DNA of 64,000 nucleotides. It comes from Zootoca vivipara (Eukaryota). Position 1 is the first letter of the stretch. The number at the start of each line of letters is the position of its first letter. The notes under the pieces were generated by a model that saw nothing but the letters and a program-made list of their open reading frames with translations, was not told the DNA's origin and made no database searches. This document shows, in pieces, positions 53,199-64,000 of the stretch. The position numbers and the translations under genes are program-made. The stretch spans positions 30,256,001-30,320,000 of the forward strand of contig NC_083287.1 in assembly GCF_963506605.1 (NCBI RefSeq). The letters are read 5' to 3'.

Positions 53199-53762
53199 AT
53201 GTTGTATGCTGCTTTAGATTTTTACTATAAAGTGGCACATAAATAAAAAGCTAAGTTTACTGCCCTAGATTGAACATCACAGAAAGGCAAACTATGGTTT
53301 GAGCCCCTCGATAAGACAGATATGCCATGATGAGTAAAATACAGTATATGTTGAGCTTTCAGGAGGGAGGAAAGAAGCAAAGCACACCTCCCTTTTCCAC
53401 TAGTCTTTTCCCTCCCTCTACTCTGCACCCCTTATTAGTGTGCATGCACACACAATGTCCTTTAGTGCCATATAATACAGCCAGCAAAGGTTTCAGGAGG
53501 CTTGGAGGCTGCTCCTGAAATCTCCCTTATGAACTCTGTTCTAGGATAGATGAAACCTGAACAGCAGTGCTCTTTTAAGAAGTCATGGATACACTGCAAC
53601 ATTTTGTTGCAGATCCCCAGTTGTGATATATGTAACATCCAAATGTATTACTGCTCCTTCATTTACATTCTGGCAGAATTTATTTCCCAAGCTCAAAAAG
53701 ACAAGTTTCTTCAAAGTCTACATATAATTTTAAGACCAAATAATAAAACCTTCCTTTGTATA

Positions 53763-54908
53763 CCGTGTTTCTCACATTTTAAGACGTGCCTATAAAATAA
53801 GCCATGGCACGATTTTCTGGAGGCAATAAAATATAAGGCATCCCCCAAAAATAAGACATGCTGGGGTACCGTATTGTTAGTGGTGGGAGCAGGTCTGCAT
53901 GGCGCTTCTGCAGCGCGCGCCTCGTCGAGCGCTGCTATCTCTCCCGGGTCCCGCTCAGTCGGGACTCAGTGCGGTGCGTGCTGCTGTCTTTGCCAGGTCT
54001 AGCGGGAGGCCCCACCATCCCCACGCGGCGCGGCGTCCCTGCGGGTGCTGCCTCAGGAGCAGCGAAGCCATGGCGACCCTCCCGCCCCGCAGGCACCCCG
54101 ACGCTCCCAGCGCAGCCATGGCGCGGCGACCCGGAACTGGTCCCGCAAGCGCTTCCGGGTCGCAGCGCCTCGGGTTTCTAAGGAAACACAATCCGGAAGC
54201 GGAGTTTGACCAATCCGCTCTAGGCTCCGATGGGGCAGCAGCCTCTATACTTGTGCCATAGAGAGCGCGCCGGCTTGAAGCTCTGGTGCTGGTTTGTTGG
54301 CTCTGCTTTTGAGTCCACCCGCACCCAGCACTGCGGAGCTTGGTTTGCGTGCAAAAAGCAACAGCGCCGAAGGAGATGCGAAGGTGGGAGCCTGGGAGGG
54401 GGAGAAAGCCACCCCGAGATAGGCACCCCGTTCTGGTTTAGCAAGATTTATTGCAATGACAGCTCAAGGCAGCACAAACGCTGCCCTGTGAGTTTTAAGA
54501 GTAGTGGCTGGGCAAAGCCCCTCCAGCTGCTGCTGTTTTTAATGTCTTGAGTGGGTTTTTGAGTGCGCCTCCTGGGGCGAAGTCAAACTGCTGGGGTAGC
54601 AGAACAGTCAGGACCTCCAAGGTGCAAGCCTGGGCCGCATGTATGGAGATCCCGGGCTGCCCAGGTGACAGTACCACCCTCGCGGCCTCTCTGATGTCAC
54701 AGCGCCGAGTCCCGACCCAGCGGGAGCCGGCAAGGGCAGAAGCGTGTGCTGCACCGACCCCGACCCAGCAAAACTCTCTGAAAGCTTAATACCGGTAAAA
54801 AATTAAAAAGCTTAACAAAAAAATAAGACATCCCTGAAAATAAGCCGTGGTGTGTTTTTTTGGAGGAAAAATAAATATAAGACATGTCTTAAAATGTGAG
54901 AAACACGG
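53763..54908. mobile_element. 1146-bp pogo/Tigger-type non-autonomous TIR element with GC-rich cargo
   Basis: Perfect 23-bp TIR CCGTGTTTCTCACATTTTAAGAC, TA TSDs (53761-62, 54909-10), subterminal AAAATAAGMC repeats, no transposase. Confidence 0.9.
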
Positions 54909-56210
54909 TACCACAATGTTGAATTTTCTTTTTAAAATTCTTCCTCCTCCTCCACCCCCACAATATTTTCCCAAAGGGCAAGAACAAATGCATGTTCGAG
55001 ATCTTTAGATGCAAGCTTGCAGCTTTATCTCTAATACTATTTTTAACTGATTTCCATTTAATTTTTTTGTACTTTTTTGTATGTTTATGTACTAAGCTAT
55101 AAGCGATATTCACAGAACATTGTCATGACTCTTGAAACCAGAATTCCCATATACAGCTAAAGTACTGAACACATGAGCTTTCCAGACTTTACTGGGGTCA
55201 TGTAGCTGGCACTCTTGCCTTTAAAAAAAAAAGAGCAAACAAAACTAGGAAAGATTTCGACTACTGAGCAACTATTGGTGAAGATAAGATTACATGACCC
55301 CATGACTGCTAATGAATGCTTGGATTACAGCCCAAACCAGATCATATTCAAGAACATTACACTTTTTTGTAGAATACACAATTAAGCTCAACTTTTATTG
55401 AATGTATTTTCTCTCTGGAGCTAAAATAGACTTCAGTACCTTAATAGCTTAACACCACTCAAATGAAGTTAAAAAAGAAAAGTAAGCTTCATCTCAGTTA
55501 TAGGAGGAACTTAGTAAACTGTACTAGTCTGGGTTCCTGACAGTATTTTACAGTTGTACGCAGATATGTAACAACTTTAAAGTTTTAAACTTCAAAAATC
55601 AAAGTTAAATTACTTGCAAAACTGAGTTATGACTAAACTTGCCTGTCATTTCAAGAAGATGGAAAGTATTTTGTACAATCTGCTAAGCAACTACATATCA
55701 CTGTTACTTATGAAATAAAAAAATCATATAGGTATTTATCCAGATAAATTACAAATAAAGATTTAAGCTGATGCACCCTAAGTAGCATTCCCACATTTTA
55801 TTTTATTTTGCACACTGGCAAATCAGAATACCAGTTGAAGACCTTCAATTAATTACAGGGATGGAATAAGCAACTGGGAAATTCCACCACAGCAGTAACA
55901 GCACAAGATTTATAAACCCTGGTACTTTATGGTAGCTTCTTGTTCACTGAAGCTGAACCTCAGCTGTTTAGCAATTGTCCTGAGGAGGGGGAAGTGCTTA
56001 GAAAACTGCCTTGAGAACTCTGATAAAAGGAAATAGTAATAATTGAACTTTAACTGCTAATCTATCCCTGAACATGAGCTATATAGCATAGATAGAATGT
56101 TTGCATCTCCCTGCCTTAACATATACAGTAGTGTCTGGGTGTGGGAAGATTTGGCCTCAAGGATAGGAACCTCATGGCACACTGAATAATTGGAGAGAAC
56201 ACCCTTAAGT

Positions 56211-56596
56211 CATGGGTAAGTAAACTAAGGCCCGGGGGCCGGATTCGGCCCAATCGCCTTCTAATCTGGCCCGCGGAGGGTCCAGGAATCAGCGTGTTTT
56301 TGCATGAGTAGAATGTGTCCTTTTACTTAAAATGCATCTCTGGGTTATTTGAGGGACATAGGAAGGCAGCCCTGTTTAGGGAGGCTTTTAATGCTTAATA
56401 GATTATTTTATTTCACTTTTCTGTTGGAAGCCGCCCAGAGTGGCTGGGGAAACCCAGCCAGATGGGCGAGGTATAAATAATAAATTATTATTATTATTAT
56501 TTGTTCATTCCCCCCCCTCCAAAATATAGTCCGCCCCTCCCAAAGGCCTGAGGGAAAATGGACCGGCCCCCTGCTGAAAAAGTTTGCTGACCCCTG
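56211..56596. mobile_element. hAT MITE carrying a nested L2-type 3' end (~56361-56500)
   Basis: TSD CCTTAAGT/CCTTAAGC, GGCCCG subterminal motifs; internal GCCGCCCAGAGTGGCTGGGG...(ATT)n tail. Confidence 0.8.
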
Positions 56597-59500
56597 CCTT
56601 AAGCACTTGTGGAGTGAGGCAGGGTGGGGAGGAAAGAGAAGGGGACACAAATTATGAGCGCTTAAGCTTTTTGGTCTGAGTAGGTCCCAGTTTCTCATCT
56701 CCTTGATGCTTCTTGTATTCAACACCTCCCAGAGAACATCGAATATGTGCAGCATACTTTGTGTCCTCTTTAGGGTTTTCAGTTTAGTATTAATTCAGAC
56801 ATATGCTTTTAAAAGTTTTTATCCAAGATACTCTTAGCATAAAGTTAAAAAAGTTAAAGGACGTCTGGACAATTACGTCCAGTCAAATTCGACTACGAGG
56901 TGTGGCGGTAATCTCCGCTTTCATACACACCCAACAACATGACCAAAATAATTCAGAAAGGTTGCTCTACAGAAAGAAGATACAGCTTAAATGAACGATG
57001 ACAACTCTAAGTAAGATGTTGAAAAGGACATCTTTTAGCCACAGATAAAATGCTTATTTGTAGAAGCATTTATGTGACAAGTGGAGTGTTCATTTGCATA
57101 AATCAACATGTTGTCTATCTGATGTCAGAACAGGCACAAATTCTACATGTAAAGGCATTGACATGAAGCATGCAACATATGCTGGTGGATGCATGGAACC
57201 GTCACAAAATACTTTACTCATAGCCACCATAATGTCTGTTTTGGTTCCACACTTTCACAGAAGCCAGGATTCTGAGAGCTACAATCTGCTAAGCAACTAC
57301 ATACCATTATTACTTACGAAATACAAACAATATCATTCAGAAAGAAGATGATAAACGAGCACATTATCCACAACAGTAGTGTAAACACAAGAATAAAATG
57401 TCTTCCTAAATAATGTTTTTCAATATCTGTCTAAAACAGGAAGCTTGTTGAACTTTTGAGAAAGTGTCCTGTAACTGCAGTGCCACCATCAAGAAGGTCC
57501 TGACTCTGTAATTTCCACTAAAGACGAGCCAGAGAGCAAATGTTTTGGGGGGACATGCGTAAAGTTGGGCCAGAAGCAACCTGTTTCAAACCAAACCATT
57601 CTGAACATGTGAGATCTTATTCTCAATATTAGTTTAGTGCGCCATCACAATGCAGTCATAAAAAGTTAGCTTTTCAGCTAAGTGTCCAGGGCATCACCAA
57701 AGGGAGTTATTGAGAGCAGTGAGATCTCATATATGAGGTTTTTCTACACACTATGGAAGAAAAACACAACTTGATATGTGATGGTGCAAGGCACAAGTAC
57801 ACTGAGCATGCCAACAGAAGCACCTGATGCATTAGTACTCTTATTTGAAACAAATGTATGTGTATAACCAGTAAATAAATCAAACCAAACATGAAAGCCA
57901 TGAACTTAAGCTATCAGTTTTCACAATGTTTTATGACATAGGTCAACTGCCCTTCACCTTTAAGAAAACAGGTCTAGTTAACTTTATCTTGTATTTATGC
58001 CAATGTAGCCCAAGATAATTTATTCCCAGCAGTAGGAGGAGGAAGGAGCAAGCTCTAGGCCTCAGAATATAGTCAAAGGCTACTTGAACTTGTTAACAAA
58101 AGCATTTAAAGATTAAATTCACTGTCCATAACACTTTGAGGCTTGTAAGAAAACATCTGCATCCATTTTAAATTACAGACAATGGCCAGGCCTCATCCAA
58201 ATAATTTGCCAGAGATTATACATTTTAAATTATAATTTAAACTATGCTTAATTTATTGTATATTTATCTTGATTTTGTAATAGGAAACCTCCAGGAGTAA
58301 ATTTAGAAATCATGCATTCACAGAAGGACAGTTTAAATATTTTTTTAAACAAGTGAATTCACATTTACTGTATATTAGTTTTAAAAGGGCCCTATTAGAA
58401 TGTAAAATGTGGATTATGTAATTGAAATGCATTAGTTTTATTACAGAGCAGCAAGCATTTCTCCCAAATAAAACACTATGACTGTTTTATTTGGTTAGCT
58501 AATATTTTAACACAGTGGCATTCAAGTAACCAAATGCTGTTCAGTCACCACTATTTTCCAGTACAACTTTTTGCACTGGGTTAATTCACATACGTATTAT
58601 TCATTTTTCATATAACCATGGCTTTCAGTAAAACAAATGCTTGCTTATTTAGCGTATTTATAAACCACCCTTCATACAAATATATCCCAAGATGGTTGTA
58701 AGACATCTGTTTTTATCTCCAAAAATGCAACAAGGAAACAGTTTTTTAAAATATAATGGAAAGGGGGGGGGACTGCAAAACGTCAGTTTTAGTAAAACAT
58801 CAGATGCTGTAGTACTCCAAATAAATATGCACAAAACCCAAAGCATGCAATGACTATTACGTTTTAAAATGTAGGTGGCTGAAGATCATAAATATGTGGA
58901 AAGAAAGAAAATGCATTTTTGTAGAAAAACAACAACCCTGTTCTACAAATTTAAGCTCTAAAGATTGGCCTGGCTTGATTCTATTTTAAACCAGAATTAA
59001 CGTTATGTTTTTTAAAACCAACATTTTAGATCATCCTTAAGCTGCAAAAGGGGGAAGGATGATGGAAGGGGAAAAAACCCAGAGGAAGCTGTTTTCATTC
59101 ATGCAGTAGTGATGTCAGCGTCTGCAGTGGCAGCTGCCTGACCTGTACAAGCTTCCAACCCAGAGCACTTTTGCAGATTTCTTTTAAGAACCTCTGGGAG
59201 CTCATTTTTACTAAAGAACTTAAATCTGAGCAATGTCCTTTAAACATCTACACTGTAAGAAAGTGAAAGACATACCTTTGTATACAAATATATATACATA
59301 TCCTAGAATTGCTCCAGTACAAACTGAATAATGCAACTCATTTGCAAAGCCAGAGCCATGCATTGCAGTATAAACACTAATGCACAGAGAAAACAAGATA
59401 CGTTTAGGTGTGACATAAAACAATCTGAAGTATGGTATCTATGAAACATATTTATTATTCTTTCATGCTCTTTGCAAATTGCTAAAATAAATAACTGAAT

Positions 59501-59769
59501 AATTAGATTAATTAATGATTGAAGCTAGATTAATTGATTCTGCTACAAAGGAGTTTTCCACAAAGCAACCAAGTTCTCTGAAGTTATTCCATAATGCAGG
59601 CTGCCATGCTAATTATAGGTACTACATGGGCCAGAGTCACAACAACTGGTGAAACTAGTCCACGGGGCAGATTCTGCAGGCTAAGAATTTGAAAGTAAAA
59701 CTAAATATTTTATTTATTAGCTTGCAGAATTAAATAAGGCTTGTTCTGCTATCTAAGATGAGTGATGCC

Positions 59770-59985
59770 ATAGACCCTAAAAGGCATCGAAACCTAGTGG
59801 AACTTTAATGGCTAAGAAATTGATTATGGCATAAATCTTTTGTGGACCACTGTCTGTTACATCAGATACAAATGTGGATTGTGGTCCATAAAACTTACGT
59901 CATAGTAAAGTTAGATGCCTCAATACCTTGGTTTTTTGTTTGTTTTTTGCTGCAACAGGCTAACATAGCTTTCCTTCTAGAAATT
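59770..59985. mobile_element. Old degenerate Penelope-like inverted terminal fragment
   Basis: Decayed version of the same architecture (GCATAAATCTTTTGTGGACC...CATCAGAT...GGTCCATAAAACTTA...CAGGCTAACATAGCT). Confidence 0.55.
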
Positions 59986-62099
59986 TAAAAATTATGAAAT
60001 GAATTAATTCAAATATTCAGTATGTGGGCATATTTTCGTTTGTTCGGGATTTACTGGAGGGTGCCTGCTTTGAAATGCTAGCTCAACTAATGAGGATTTC
60101 CTTATGGTACATGCAGGTTAACAGTTCACTGCGGTCAATCCAGTTATATATTGCACTCTCACAACTCTATTAAGCAGTGGGTGCTGCTATGATGGCTTAA
60201 GGCAGGCTCAAACAAGTTTAATGAAGTCATTCAGTTGTAACTTAAGAGGACTGAATCATTGAAAGTAAGGCAGCAACATAATTCATCTATTTAAAGAGAT
60301 TATATTATTTTAAAATACTTTAAGATAAAAGAATAAGCTGTTTAGTATTTGTTCACAAACATAGCACATTTAAATGCAGATTCAAACATGCAGTATTTGT
60401 TATCAGTTTTCCATTTTTGTTTTATATTAGCAAGCAAACAGAAATGTTTGAATTTGCTTAATTAGAATTGTATGCACTTGTCTTGTCCCCATAAAAGGAG
60501 AAGGCTTACATTTTCTAGACCCAATAACATGGATTAAACTCCATTTTTACAAAAGACTTGGTTTAGAAACACTTAATTCCATAAGGGTTTCCATAAGGAT
60601 GAATCAAGATCATAGGCCTGTTGCATAACATACGTATAATTTGAAATGCATGGGGGGAATTAAATTTCATCTAGATGTACACGTTTTTAAGGCTGATATA
60701 ATATAAGCAACATTTTGGAGGAGTTACAATCCAAATAACCATAACTGCACAACTAAGTGCAAGGATTCATGGCAATAATGCATCCAACTTGCTGCATTCA
60801 ATACTATATCAAGAGTGGTATTTAATTTGCTGCTGAAACCAAACTCAGTCTTGGCATAATTAAAGAAGTGCTTAAAGATACAGGTTTCTCTATAGAAGGA
60901 TAAGCAGTGTATTTCATATGATTCATTCAACTGCTTAAGGGGAGTGGACACAGCCACTTTTTAAAGAAACTTTTTCAAATATGCTTGGAGGGAACTTTTC
61001 CTATTACATTATATTCTTTAACAAGAATATCATAGAATGTGCATTCTACCTGCCGCCAGGGTTCAATAAGGTTTAATTTTAGCTCTACAAAGGGTTGTAT
61101 TTGAGGGAGAGGGTTTTTTGAAGGCTTTTTGAGTAGACTGCAGGCAAAATCCTAGAGATGGTTTGTGCATTATATATCTTGGAAATATTGCAGAAGTGGC
61201 ACGGGTGTTGAATTCTATTTAGAACCTGCAGTTTTGCTAGCATGTGCTTGCTTAAGTCAGATGTTTTTTATCTCTTCCTGGTAAAAGGGTACAGGAATAC
61301 TTTTACAAACACTGCTGTTTTGCAAATCTTATGGTCTTGGTGGAGAGTGCTAGTATCTCTGTGCTTCGGCTTCCCTGAAGGCAGACATCTCAGAACTTAT
61401 GCTTCAATAACCTATTGAAGCATTTAAATGTAAGTTGGCCAATATGGAACCATCCTTTAGCTCAGCCTTTAGGCACTAAACCAGATGAAAATTTCCATAC
61501 AAGGCATGGATACAGCATGCTGCAACGCAAGCATTGAAAAACACTCTTCTAACCCCATTTAAAAAGGTGGTTAAAATAAACTTCATTAAACAGAATTCTG
61601 CTTCAGGGCACAAGCCAGTCTAGCATTCTATTCACACATATAAAATGCAGTTTAGGTTTCTCGTTTAGTAGCTCTGCATTAATAGAGCTTGGGAGTTCCA
61701 CTCTCTCCTTTAAGGATATGGAAGAAGGCTCACTTTACCAAGGATTGCAAGGTAGAATTTTATAGCCCTTCAGCAGCCTAAACCGCCAGGAGTAGGCTAT
61801 TGCAGAGTAGATGCAGGGTGTTAAAAGGGGTCACTAACCAAGACTGCCCCGTTTCAAGCTCGAGTTGAATTAAGACCTTGAGTCTTAACATTTAGGGTGG
61901 TGTGTTGTTGGGGTTTTTATTATTATTTTTTTAGGGCTGAGTCACTTCGCCTTCTTTCAGGGTCGGCGATCGTATTCACACTTACCTGGGGATGAGGCCC
62001 GCACTGAAAAGACGGGAAGATACTTCCGAGCATACCCTTGACAGAAATGTGCTGCTAGATCGGGGAGGTGTTGCCATAATCCGAAACATTAACATTTAA

Positions 62100-63430
<1,331 letters not shown>

Positions 63431-64000
63431 GGAAAGTGGAAGTTATCCTTTTGGGATGGGTGGCCCTCTGTCCAAAGACCAAGCTGATATTTCCAGGAAC
63501 ACGTGACAATGGATTGCTCCGATACCTGTTTGGGCTTTGCTTTCTCTCTCTCTTTGATTTGCATCCGCTTTCATTCGGAACTGGCAGATTGCAAGCAGAT
63601 AACAGTGCCAATCCCAGGCAGCGTGATCTTAAGAGGGGCACATACTTGACCCGAGTACAGGAGATGCCTCAGTCATGAACACAATTTCTCTTTATTTATA
63701 TCAGCCCATCACTGATGCTTAAAATTGGAGCAGTCCAGATGTTTAGTACTGTATCCAACACTTATCATAGTCTGAGTTGACCCATTTAAATTAATGGACG
63801 TGACTCATTTAGGCATGTTAATTTCAATCGATCTACTCCCAAGTAGAAATTAGCTGGATCCAACGTTTAAGCTAGAATACTGTGCCGCATAATAGCCAGA
63901 GAATTAAACGGACTGATCTTTCTTGCTAAGTATATCCCAGTTTGCCTAACTTGGCTGCACAGAAGCCAATCACCCAACTCACACAGACTCTCACTATAGG

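Overview
Vertebrate genomic DNA, almost certainly a squamate. The Sauria-SINE copies and the MITE repertoire point to a lacertid lizard. Two convergent genes keep the human 7p21 arrangement. The 3' end of ICA1 lies on the + strand: exons at 582-854 and 7609-7730 (ending ...[23 protein letters not shown]), plus a probable extra in-frame 96-nt exon at 6351-6446. The complete 8-exon GLCCI1 gene lies on the - strand: ATG 62800 to TAG 22241, 1734 nt, 577 aa, all GT-AG junctions in phase, with a ~2.6 kb 3'UTR and a CpG-island promoter. The rest is intron and intergenic DNA rich in transposable elements: Sauria SINEs, hAT and Tigger/pogo MITEs, a Helitron, CR1/L2 fragments, 5S-derived SINE-like fragments, Penelope-like ends and a putative L1-derived element. 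The most unusual observations are: (1) a young 1.15 kb pogo-type TIR element whose cargo looks like a captured CpG-island promoter with a Kozak ATG and a mitochondrial-presequence-like ORF; (2) a perfect 136-bp spacer-less palindrome folded back at the hammerhead helix-II of a Penelope-like end; (3) a half-L1-like element with an intact 168-aa ORF nested in MITEs; (4) two uORFs in the GLCCI1 leader; (5) short ectopic ~44-bp duplications within GLCCI1 introns. No prokaryote-style system, CRISPR array or intact RNA gene is present. All family assignments and human comparisons come from recalled sequences and motif recognition, not database searches.
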